A stretch of 64,000 bases of DNA from Armatimonadota bacterium (lineage in GTDB: Bacteria; Armatimonadota; Fimbriimonadia; Fimbriimonadales; Fimbriimonadaceae), in the NCBI GenBank assembly GCA_031400935.1, contig JANNQV010000020.1:1-64000 (forward strand). The letters are read 5' to 3'. Below the pieces are notes generated by a model. The model did not search any database. It was not told the origin of the DNA and saw only the letters and a program-made list of their open reading frames with translations. Each line of letters opens with the position of its first letter. Within the stretch, counting starts at the first letter, position 1. Below, piece by piece: positions 55,815 to 64,000 of the stretch. Both the position numbers and the translations under genes were made by a program.

Positions 55815-56264
55815 TTACACTGTCTCAAGAGCTCTTCTTGTTTGAGTGTGGCGGAACTCAAAAAGCCGATCGAGATCTCGTGATACAAAGAGCCTGTTAA
55901 CTAGGACGCCCAAGGTTCCAAATGGAAGCGAATATTCAATAACATCCTGAAGCAAAGCTCCCTCTTTGTGGGGAAGAAAGTCATGCCTGTGACTCCATGC
56001 CTTGAAGGGCGACTTGAGCGCAGTGTCTCTAAATCCATGAGGTGAACTAACCTCGGTGAGCCTCGCACACCAACTTATCCACAAGGGGCCTGTTTTAACT
56101 TTAAACTCATGAGTAGCGTTCTCTCGCACCGTAAGATCGGTGGAAACAATCTGCAACTTTCGACCAGGTGGGGTGAGATTGACGAGTGCCTCGGCGGAAG
56201 AGTGGAAGTTCCAGAGCGAGGCCACGTCAGTCTTGATCACCGTACGAAATTCTTTTCGATGCAT
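55815..56264 (-). CDS. SRPBCC family ligand-binding protein
   Basis: LWNFHS...LTPP, F.D..LKSPFKAWSHRH.F, LFEFRH. Confidence 0.85.
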   Translation of the reverse strand: MHRKEFRTVIKTDVASLWNFHSSAEALVNLTPPGRKLQIVSTDLTVRENATHEFKVKTGPLWISWCARLTEVSSPHGFRDTALKSPFKAWSHRHDFLPHKEGALLQDVIEYSLPFGTLGVLVNRLFVSRDLDRLFEFRHTQTRRALETV

Positions 56265-56278
56265 GTTTGTCCCCGAAC

Positions 56279-56824
56279 TCAGGACTTGAGCTTGGCAGTG
56301 TCTACCATATGACGAAATATTTTGATAAAGGCCTCTTCTTCGGCTTGTGACGGGATCTTGATGGAAAGGGCGAGAACGTTGCCGCTACCATTTCTTAAGA
56401 GTGTATACCGCCGACTGGCGAACCCTTTGTTGTTGATAACCTCAAAGCTTGCACTTTCATAGCCGAGCTTAGTCTTGCCCTCGCGAATTGCTGTTGGCGT
56501 GCCAGGCTCTTCACGCCTGATGAAATACATGCTAGTCTCGAAGAGTTCATCCCAGCTCGCCTGCGTTGGGCCAGCCGTCATTGCACCTAGTTTGCCTTGA
56601 CCGACCTTTGGAATTATGTCCGTCGCACCCCAAGGCGTTTCGTCGCCCATCGTCCAATCCGCGGGGATTTCCATAGAGTATTTGGGAGTCTCAACCAGGA
56701 CAAATTTCATCTTTGATCCTCTGTTTTTCGGTGGGGTTTGCGCAGAGTTGCCCTGAAAGTGGAAGGCAAGGGCTGCTCCAGCAACTACTGCGATGCTTAG
56801 AATGGTTGTCAAAACTTTGATCAT
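56279..56824 (-). CDS. Secreted hypothetical protein (PsbP-like fold possible)
   Basis: Signal anchor; YSMEIPADW motif; ends in F..MVDT. Confidence 0.65.
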   Translation of the reverse strand: MIKVLTTILSIAVVAGAALAFHFQGNSAQTPPKNRGSKMKFVLVETPKYSMEIPADWTMGDETPWGATDIIPKVGQGKLGAMTAGPTQASWDELFETSMYFIRREEPGTPTAIREGKTKLGYESASFEVINNKGFASRRYTLLRNGSGNVLALSIKIPSQAEEEAFIKIFRHMVDTAKLKS

Positions 56825-56894
56825 GATAGACCTCTATAGGTTTAGGTAAGTGACCGGCCCGGGGAATGGGCCGGCCGCGTTGGGTGGAGGAGTA

Positions 56895-57302
56895 TTAGTT
56901 GGGAAGGATGACAGCGTCGATTACATGAATCACGCCGTTGTCGCATTCGATGTCTGTGGTCACGACGTTAGCTCCGTCGATCTTCACTGTCCCGTTGACG
57001 CTGATCGCGACCATCTGCCCTTGAACAGTCTTGGCGCTTGTAAGCTTGACAACGTCCGACGCCATGACCTTTCCAGGAACTACATGATAGGTAAGAACGC
57101 CAACAAGCTGATCCTTACCCTCGGGTTTGAGCAGGGCTTGAAGCGTCTCAGCCGGAACGTTCGCAAACGCCTCGTCGGTCGGGGCGAATACGGTAAACGG
57201 TCCTGGACCGGACAAAGTTTCGACAAGGTCGGCCGCCTTGACGGCAGAGACGAGAGTGTTGAAGTTGCCCGCGGCAATCGCGGTTTCGGTGATGGTTGGC
57301 AT
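56895..57302 (-). CDS. Fasciclin (FAS1) domain protein without signal peptide
   Basis: [25 protein letters not shown]. Confidence 0.92.
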   Translation of the reverse strand: MPTITETAIAAGNFNTLVSAVKAADLVETLSGPGPFTVFAPTDEAFANVPAETLQALLKPEGKDQLVGVLTYHVVPGKVMASDVVKLTSAKTVQGQMVAISVNGTVKIDGANVVTTDIECDNGVIHVIDAVILPN

Positions 57303-57382
57303 TTCTTGTTTCCTTAATGTTCTGCTTGTCGTTACCCCGGGGGCGCAGGCTCCCGGGGTGAAGTGGGGGTGAAAGGGTGAAG

Positions 57383-57895
57383 TTACTTGGGCAAGAGCAC
57401 AGTGTCAATTACGTGGATCACGCCATTTGTGCACATGATATCGGTCTTGACGACTTTTGAACTATTCACTTTGACTCCGAGCTTATTCATAACTTTGATG
57501 GACTTTCCGTTGAGAGTCTTTACTTGAGTGCCGTTCTTCAACTTCACAACATCTTCAGCAAGTACTTTGCCTGAGACTACGTGATAGGTCAGTATTGCAG
57601 CAAGCTTAGCTTTGTTCTCGGGCTTCAGAAGCATGGCGATTGTGCCAGGCTTACTCTTTTCAAGCTTTTGAAAGGCAGCGTCTGTCGGTGCAAAAACAGT
57701 AAACGGGCCATTGCCTTTTAGCGCATCAACCAATCCGGCTGCTCCGACGGCAGCGACAAGAGTCTTAAAGCTCCCTGCAGCCACCGCAGTATCGACAATG
57801 TCAGATGCTGCGGTCTTTCGACTTGGGAACGCGAAAGCAAGAGGAAGTGTAGCCACAACAGCTACTGCGATTGCGATGTATTTTGTGATTTTCAT
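57383..57895 (-). CDS. Secreted fasciclin (FAS1) domain protein
   Basis: Signal peptide; [25 protein letters not shown]. Confidence 0.92.
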   Translation of the reverse strand: MKITKYIAIAVAVVATLPLAFAFPSRKTAASDIVDTAVAAGSFKTLVAAVGAAGLVDALKGNGPFTVFAPTDAAFQKLEKSKPGTIAMLLKPENKAKLAAILTYHVVSGKVLAEDVVKLKNGTQVKTLNGKSIKVMNKLGVKVNSSKVVKTDIMCTNGVIHVIDTVLLPK

Positions 57896-57921
57896 TTTTT
57901 GATTTTTCCTTTTGTAGCCGC

Positions 57922-58140
57922 TTAGTGGGCTGAAACTGTAGTGGCATTGGCTTTTGGAGCAGCAAGCATCACTGCTTGAATAATTGCCGAGATTCCAACT
58001 AGTGTGTAGACAGTATTGGACAGCAAGCTTCCAGTTCCGAAAATCGTTGCTACGAGATCAAACTTGGCAAGACCAACAAGTCCCCAGTTCAATCCGCCAA
58101 CGATAACGAGTATCAGTGTCAATGTGTTGAGTGGTTTCAT
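57922..58140 (-). CDS. DUF378 family small membrane protein
   Basis: [29 protein letters not shown]. Confidence 0.85.
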   Translation of the reverse strand: MKPLNTLTLILVIVGGLNWGLVGLAKFDLVATIFGTGSLLSNTVYTLVGISAIIQAVMLAAPKANATTVSAH

Positions 58141-58188
58141 TTTGTTTTCCGTGTCAGCTTTGGGGATTCCAAAGCAGTGACAAAGAGA

Positions 58189-58297
58189 ACTATACTCCTG
58201 TTGTCTAATGTTTGTCAAGTGTTTGTCGAATATTTTGGAATATTTTTTTCGACAAAGTGAAAATTAGGCTCACACAAGCTTGACAAACTTTAGACAA
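58189..58297. promoter_or_regulatory. Divergent promoters with CarH-type 11-bp tandem-repeat operators
   Basis: Minus strand: three nnnnTnnACAn repeats at 58201-58233 covering the TTGACA of TTGACA-N18-TATAGT. Plus strand: ACA at 58272, 58283 and 58294, including TTGACA at 58280. Confidence 0.75.
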
Positions 58298-58324
58298 ATC
58301 ACTCAAACTAAAGGGGGTAAAGCC

Positions 58325-59239
58325 ATGAAGTACACAATCAAAACAGTTTCAAGTCTTACTGGAATCTCCCAGCATACGATCCGAGCTTGGGAACGTCGTC
58401 ACAATGTCCTTGTTCCTGAGCGGACGGAATCGAACCGCCGACTCTATTCGGAAACTGATGTTGAGCGGTTCAAGTTATTGAAGGTGGCATCCGATGCTGG
58501 TCATAGCGTTGGTCAATTATCAAAGCTCTCAGCTGACGAGCTAAAGAAGCTAAGTGAAGTACAGCACTTAAGGGAACGCGACAGATTGCCGAATGACAGG
58601 GCTCAAACCGTTGCTCAAATATTGGATGAGTGTCAATCTTCTGTTAATCGGCTTGACCCTGAGGGCTTGCGGGATGTGCTCATTTATGGGACCGCATTAC
58701 TTGGCATTTCTGAACTGATCGAACAAGTCCTGGTTCCATTGCTTCAATTTGTTGAGGATCACTGGCTTGCGGGTTCAGTGTCAATTGCAGAGGAACACAT
58801 GACAATCTCGGTGTTAAGAACTTACTTAGAGGAAACAAGGTCATCGATTCCAGTTTCTGCTACTGCGCCGAGGCTGCTTGTAACAACTCCAAGCCGTCAG
58901 ATTCACGAAATCGGAGCGCTGGTTGTCACAATTACCGCTGCATTGGAGCTTTGGAACGTCACTTATCTGGGCCCAAATCTGCCGGCAATTGAAATAGCCG
59001 ATGCCGCTCGTCGCGCTGGCGTGAGCGCGGTGGCTCTAAGTATTGTTTTTCCAACAGACGATGAAGGGCTCCCCTCAGAGTTAAGGCTGCTCAAAAATCA
59101 TCTTGGTTCGTCTGTGCCAATTCTTGTGGGTGGCCGGGGCACTTCTTCCTATACGAGTGCCCTACAAGAGATTGGAGCCATAGTTTGCAAAGACCTTTCG
59201 GGGTTCCGAGAATCGCTTTATCATATCGAACGTGGGTAA
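58325..59239 (+). CDS. carH: CarH/LitR-like MerR-family B12-binding photoreceptor repressor
   Basis: MerR HTH with RAWERR; W-x9-EH motif (W LAGSVSIAE EH); QxHxxG...S...GG cobalamin-binding Rossmann domain. Confidence 0.82.
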   Translation: MKYTIKTVSSLTGISQHTIRAWERRHNVLVPERTESNRRLYSETDVERFKLLKVASDAGHSVGQLSKLSADELKKLSEVQHLRERDRLPNDRAQTVAQILDECQSSVNRLDPEGLRDVLIYGTALLGISELIEQVLVPLLQFVEDHWLAGSVSIAEEHMTISVLRTYLEETRSSIPVSATAPRLLVTTPSRQIHEIGALVVTITAALELWNVTYLGPNLPAIEIADAARRAGVSAVALSIVFPTDDEGLPSELRLLKNHLGSSVPILVGGRGTSSYTSALQEIGAIVCKDLSGFRESLYHIERG

Positions 59240-59446
59240 ACCATTTGAAACTGAATCGAAAATTCACTTTGGAGAAAATTGAAAGAATGTCTGTCTTGAT
59301 TGGCTCTCAATGTTACGCGGTAAACTCGATCTAACAATCTAACATTGTGAACCGGGGGTGAACTCATTACGAAGAAACTCAGTCGGCTGCTCTGTAATTG
59401 AGCAGCAATCAGCGCTAGCCCAATTCTTGTCTGAGCATATTAAAGT

Positions 59447-59521
59447 TGGTGGGCGGTATAGGACTTGAACCTACGACCCCTACAGTGTCATTGTAATGCT
59501 CTACCACTGAGCTAACCGCCC
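59447..59521 (-). tRNA. tRNA-Val(GAC)
   Basis: Reverse complement gggcggttagctcagtggtagagcattacaatGACactgtaggggtcgtaggttcaagtcctataccgcccacca. Confidence 0.95.
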
Positions 59522-59633
59522 CAATTGCGTAGGACAGGATTTATCCTGTTTTTTCCAGATTTTGGCATATTCCTGACAAGATTGATCCTACAATTCCGAT
59601 TCTTGACATGTTTTTGAGAGGATGAATCCTGTC

Positions 59634-60107
59634 CTACAAAATCGTAGCGACTTCGGTTGCCAAATAGACAGAAAGCTGCTCGATATGCTCCATGTCGTGC
59701 GCCAAAATCATCCCCACATATTCGTGAATTGTGACAGTCTGCCCATCTGCCTTGACAAACGTCTTCGCCCAGTCCTCCTCCTTCAATGCCATCAGATATT
59801 CGTGTGTCATCTCACGCCGAGACTCAAAAACCTCTGCTTCATGGAAAATTTCTTTATCGAAGAAATGGTGTTCCCGACACTGGACGTCTGGATCGTAAAC
59901 AGGAACGGAATGGCCTGGTTTTAGGTTCGCAACTCGAATGCGATCTAGAACTACTTGTTCGTAATCGGCAAGGTGTGCGACCACTTCACGAGCGGTAAAG
60001 CGGTCCTTGTCAATTCGGTCATCAAGTCGGTCGGTAGGGAAAACGCGGAGCAATCGCTCTACAACTTTGGGTCCCTTGTTCAGGGTGCGTAGCATCCAAT
60101 CATGCAT
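59634..60107 (-). CDS. DinB family protein
   Basis: FTAREVVAHLADYE...HDMEH. Confidence 0.85.
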   Translation of the reverse strand: MHDWMLRTLNKGPKVVERLLRVFPTDRLDDRIDKDRFTAREVVAHLADYEQVVLDRIRVANLKPGHSVPVYDPDVQCREHHFFDKEIFHEAEVFESRREMTHEYLMALKEEDWAKTFVKADGQTVTIHEYVGMILAHDMEHIEQLSVYLATEVATIL

Positions 60108-60178
60108 ATCAATATCTTACACATAATTCGGCGAAATGTGTTGGAGAAATTGCTGTTTTTTGAAAAAACATTTTTGGA

Positions 60179-62236
60179 TCAGTTTCTCAAAGTCAACTTC
60201 TCAATGAAATATTCCAACATCCTCTGATTGTTCACACCGCTGTGGCCAGCATCCGGCGTGACCTGGACATCAAAGCTCTTTCGTTCCCTTTGAAGGACCT
60301 TGATCAGCTGCATTGTGTTTGCGGGATGAACATTATCGTCAATCGTTCCGTAATAGAGCATCAAATCGCCTTTCAAATTCTTCGCATAGGTGATCGCAGA
60401 CCCCGCCTCATAGCCCTCTTTATTCTCTTGTGGGATCCACATATAGCGTTCAGTATAAATTGTGTCGTAATGCCTCCAATCTGTGACCGAACTAGAGGCA
60501 ACTGCCGCCTGAAAAACATCTGGATACCGCAAAAGGCACATGATCGAAGAGTAGCCGCCATACGATGTGCCGTACACTCCCACCCTCTTGTTGTCAACGT
60601 AGGACTTGGTCGCTAATGCCTTCACTCCTGCTGCAATATCGTCAATTTCAACTACTCCTAAGTTCAAATACATCGAATTGTCAAATTCTCGTCCGCGATT
60701 ACCTCCCCCCCGTGACTCTACAGAAAACCTCAAGAACCCAAGTTCAGTCAAGTTATCTTGAAGTCTATAGCTTTCGTTATACGGAGTGCTCTGAGGACCA
60801 TTGTAAACCGACACGAGTACAGGATATTTCTTCGCTGGATCGAAATTTGATGGCTTGTAAAGTCTGCCATAGAGATCGTATTTGCCATCTGCCGACTTGA
60901 AACTGATTCTCTCAGCCATTTGACCACCGATTTGCTTGAACTCCGCCAGATCGCTTGTCGCTAGAGTTGTAACGACCTTTCCCTGCGAGTCAATCAGACG
61001 AACCGAGGGCGGGATGTCCAACGCGTCAGCCGTGTCCACAAAATGATCTCCCGTAGGAGAAAGTTGAAAAGAATGATTCAACGAACGATCTGTCAAACAA
61101 ATGTTGCCGCTACCATCAAGTTTTGTTCGATACAGTTGCAACTTGTGGGGATTGTCTCCGCCTCGGCCCGTATACCAAATCAAGCTTCTTTTTTCATCCA
61201 CCTTCAAAATGGATTCAGCTTCAAATAGGTTTTTTGATACTGTGGAAAGAAGTTTTCCAGTCAAATCATAGAGGTAAATATTCCGAAATCCGTTTCTCTG
61301 AGACATCCAGAAAAACCGCTTTTGATCGGAGAGAAACCTTGGTGAGGGATTCGTATCGCACCACCCGCCGGGGTTTTCTTCGCGGACGATCACCCGAACT
61401 TTGCCCGTTTCCGGGTTCGCAGTACACCATTCAACAGCGTTCTGCCGACGATTCGCCCTCAGAAATCGAAGGTCCCCGGGAGCCACCCAATCCACTCCGT
61501 AAACATAGTGGCCGAGGGCGTCATTAGTAAACGGCTTTCCATCTCGAACATCAATCTGCGACAGCTTCTTGGTTGCCAAATCGTAAACAAAGACTTCAGT
61601 TAGAGCGTTATCAGCACCTGCTTTTGGATAAGGTTCGACCAGCAGTCCGTTTGTGAACCCGCCCGCATTTGTCGTCAAGAAATAATCGGGGATTTTGCTC
61701 TCATCGAACCTATAGAAGGCGACTTTTGAACTATCAGTCGACCACCAAAACGCGGAACGCTGGCTCAATTCCTCGTTGTACGTCCATGTTACTGAGCCGT
61801 AGTCGAGACGGTTGGCATCTGTCGCGTCGGTCGTTATCGGCGATTCAGAATTAGTTGCTTTGTCAACAAGAAGAACGTTTCTAGACTTATATTTGATCGC
61901 CCATTTGCTGTCCGGCGAGTCTAGCTGTCCAGGCTGCTGACCCCTTCCAAATCCTGTACGTCGGACATTGGTTGGAGCCTCGGGCTTCGCTTCTTCCGTC
62001 GTTTCAACCGCTTTGCCGGAGGCAATGTCAAATTTAAACCGTTTGCCATCCTGAGAATAGAAAAATGCTTTGCCATCTGCATTCCACGTAACGCTCAAAC
62101 GAGCGATTTTTGCTGCCCGCTCGAGTTCGCCAGGGACATTTGTGTACCGTAAGTAGCTAGGCATTAGTGGCAACCGCTGCTGCGACATGGCGACTACCGA
62201 TGCGCACAGAAAAATCGTGATAGCAAGTTTTTTCAT
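60179..62236 (-). CDS. S9B dipeptidyl peptidase IV-like protein
   Basis: YPKAG, VYNGP, GTSYGG, YDTIYTERYM, DDNVH, AGH. Confidence 0.92.
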   Translation of the reverse strand: MKKLAITIFLCASVVAMSQQRLPLMPSYLRYTNVPGELERAAKIARLSVTWNADGKAFFYSQDGKRFKFDIASGKAVETTEEAKPEAPTNVRRTGFGRGQQPGQLDSPDSKWAIKYKSRNVLLVDKATNSESPITTDATDANRLDYGSVTWTYNEELSQRSAFWWSTDSSKVAFYRFDESKIPDYFLTTNAGGFTNGLLVEPYPKAGADNALTEVFVYDLATKKLSQIDVRDGKPFTNDALGHYVYGVDWVAPGDLRFLRANRRQNAVEWCTANPETGKVRVIVREENPGGWCDTNPSPRFLSDQKRFFWMSQRNGFRNIYLYDLTGKLLSTVSKNLFEAESILKVDEKRSLIWYTGRGGDNPHKLQLYRTKLDGSGNICLTDRSLNHSFQLSPTGDHFVDTADALDIPPSVRLIDSQGKVVTTLATSDLAEFKQIGGQMAERISFKSADGKYDLYGRLYKPSNFDPAKKYPVLVSVYNGPQSTPYNESYRLQDNLTELGFLRFSVESRGGGNRGREFDNSMYLNLGVVEIDDIAAGVKALATKSYVDNKRVGVYGTSYGGYSSIMCLLRYPDVFQAAVASSSVTDWRHYDTIYTERYMWIPQENKEGYEAGSAITYAKNLKGDLMLYYGTIDDNVHPANTMQLIKVLQRERKSFDVQVTPDAGHSGVNNQRMLEYFIEKLTLRN

Positions 62237-62318
62237 ACTGAGTCCGAAGTTACCGCTATTCGAACCATAATTGGTTGCATGAGTTCTTGAAAGTCACATA
62301 AAGTGGCAATGCACCTGA

Positions 62319-63245
62319 ATGAAGGAACCGAAAGCTAGGCGTCTTTTGAAGTTGAACTTTCGTCCCAGAGGTGTGGAAACCAAAAATTCAGGCAATCTCA
62401 ACTCACTGTGGATTGCGATAAAGAATTTCGATATTGATGGTTCTCCTGCGGAATTGCCCTTTGCCAAACGGCTTGCAAGGGATAACAATTGGTCGCCAGG
62501 ATTTGCAAACCGCGTGATCGAAGAATATCGCCGTTTTCTGTTTCTAGCTATGGTATCAGGGCATCCTGTTTCCCCCAGTAAAATCGTTGATGAGGCATGG
62601 CATCTGCATTTGCTCTACACGGAATCTTATTGGAACCGATTGACTAAAGAAGTTCTGCCGTTTCCGTTGCACCATCACCCCACAAAGGGCGGCAAAGCCG
62701 AGGCAAAGAAGCACGCCGACTTGTACGATCACACTCGAGAAAGCTACAGGAAGCACTTTGAGCAGGAGCCGCCTTCGGACATTTGGCCGACTTTTTCACC
62801 AAACTCCCAATCTGATCGAAACTACGTATGGAAGATGTCAAAACTATCACTTCGCCGATGGGCGATTGGGGGAGCTTCGATTACCGCAATTCTGGGGCTT
62901 GGCGTCGGATGCACACCAATCTTAGCTCAAAACCCGAGTTCAACTTCGACGATAATCTTGTTGATTACAGGACTTGGCGTTGTAATCGTCGGGGGAATGA
63001 TCGCTATGTTCATGTTAGGCAATCGCGACTCGGCAAATGATACAACCAATCCCAATGATCCTCTCCACGACAAGAAGGACACGCAAAATACAGGTGGCAC
63101 ATATTCGTCATGCGGCGGAAGTGGTGGAACAGGAACTCATTCGCATCACGGCGATGGGGACGGTCGTGGGGACGGCAATGCCGATTCAGGAGGTGGTGAT
63201 TCGGGTGGAGATGGCGGAGGTTGCGGCGGCGGATGCAGCAGCTAG
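62319..63245 (+). CDS. Glycine-rich-domain (DUF1399-like) membrane protein with Gly/Cys-rich C-terminal tail
   Basis: RLARDNNW...EYRRFLFL...PS..VDEAWHLHLLYT; TM helices; ends GGGCGGGCSS; true start may be GTG 62373. Confidence 0.78.
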   Translation: MKEPKARRLLKLNFRPRGVETKNSGNLNSLWIAIKNFDIDGSPAELPFAKRLARDNNWSPGFANRVIEEYRRFLFLAMVSGHPVSPSKIVDEAWHLHLLYTESYWNRLTKEVLPFPLHHHPTKGGKAEAKKHADLYDHTRESYRKHFEQEPPSDIWPTFSPNSQSDRNYVWKMSKLSLRRWAIGGASITAILGLGVGCTPILAQNPSSTSTIILLITGLGVVIVGGMIAMFMLGNRDSANDTTNPNDPLHDKKDTQNTGGTYSSCGGSGGTGTHSHHGDGDGRGDGNADSGGGDSGGDGGGCGGGCSS

Positions 63246-64000
63246 TTTTCACTAACTTCTTTCAAAGGTAACAGGTCAAACCTCAGTCCACCATCTTGAT
63301 CTTCAAAGGAAACCCAAGAACATTTTGACAATGGGTGCGGATTTGGGTTCGATTTAGCAGGCCGAACTACCACAAAACGCTCTCCAACTACACAGCAGAA
63401 AATTGAATCGGGAACAATGGCTGAGCCTACAAATGTCGGAGCCGCAATTCTGGTCGCGCTCATCGCGGAATTCACGTTCAAAGATTTTTGTACTTTCTTC
63501 GCAAATTCAGGCTCAAAGAGCCGCACGACGGTTCGTACAGATGAATTCATTGCCTTGGCCGTCAGTGCGATTGACAGATTCATCGCGTCGTCGTCTGTGG
63601 TCGTAATGATTGCGGTTGCTCGATCAATTCCTGCTTCTGCAAGGGTGTGCGGGTCCCGGGCATCGCCAGCAATATAAGGAGTGTTCCGGTCGAGCAATTC
63701 ACGATATTGCGACGTTGCCTCGAGGTCAACAGAAACCACATCGGCACCCATTTGCCGAAGTTCCGCAACTGTCCTATAACCTACATTGCTAAGGCCAACC
63801 ACGATCACGTGGTCATCAGATGTGACTCGCTTCTTTCCGAGCATTTGATCAAACCTTGTAGAAACTACAAAATCGGTTACGATGGAGTACATCGTTGCGA
63901 TAGCGGCGGAGCCGACCAGCATCATGAAGCAAATGTAGAGCTTCATCCATGCCGCGTCTTCTAGTCCATTAATGTCGCCATAACCAGTAGTGGTCAATGT
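63242..64000 (-). CDS. 5'-truncated K+ channel protein with RCK (TrkA-N) domain
   Basis: TTTGYGD selectivity filter; HVIVVGLSNVG, GDAR, DDAMN; frame open to the window edge. Confidence 0.85.
   Translation of the reverse strand, partial: TLTTTGYGDINGLEDAAWMKLYICFMMLVGSAAIATMYSIVTDFVVSTRFDQMLGKKRVTSDDHVIVVGLSNVGYRTVAELRQMGADVVSVDLEATSQYRELLDRNTPYIAGDARDPHTLAEAGIDRATAIITTTDDDAMNLSIALTAKAMNSSVRTVVRLFEPEFAKKVQKSLNVNSAMSATRIAAPTFVGSAIVPDSIFCCVVGERFVVVRPAKSNPNPHPLSKCSWVSFEDQDGGLRFDLLPLKEVSEN

Larger units (their letters stand above)
52795..59489. mobile_element. tRNA-Val-integrated genomic island (~6.7 kb) without integrase
   Basis: Flanking 43-bp direct repeats; no recombinase ORF inside. Confidence 0.85.

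Overview
Bacterial chromosomal window of roughly 50% GC (by eye), probably Armatimonadota/Fimbriimonadia. That assignment is inferred from the UBact-type modifier and the PEP-CTERM protein and was not verified. Most of the window is housekeeping: kimA-like K+ importer, nagA, dprA, yceD-plsX-fabH, rpsO-pnp, metG, pckA, a split sdhCA/B operon, two S9 peptidases, tRNA-Ile(GAT) and tRNA-Val(GAC). Main points of interest: (1) a ~6.7-kb integrase-less island at tRNA-Val(GAC), bounded by a 43-bp att direct repeat, carrying a CarH/LitR-like B12 photoreceptor, its 11-bp-repeat operator and a divergent 9-gene operon (DUF378, two fasciclins, SRPBCC, TspO, DUF2867-SDR, unknowns) with no carotenoid or photolyase genes; (2) a dop-UBact-prcB proteasomal tagging locus led by a lipoprotein gene; (3) a dispersed family of mosaic heptamer tandem repeats plus REP-like palindromes, both inserted in frame in metG; (4) a widespread leaderless-mRNA signature; (5) a mycobacterial Sdh1-like (type F) succinate dehydrogenase interrupted by two genes; (6) two TA modules with disrupted toxin genes and an alpha/beta hydrolase lacking its catalytic residues. 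All family calls come from motif recognition by eye; no database searches were run.
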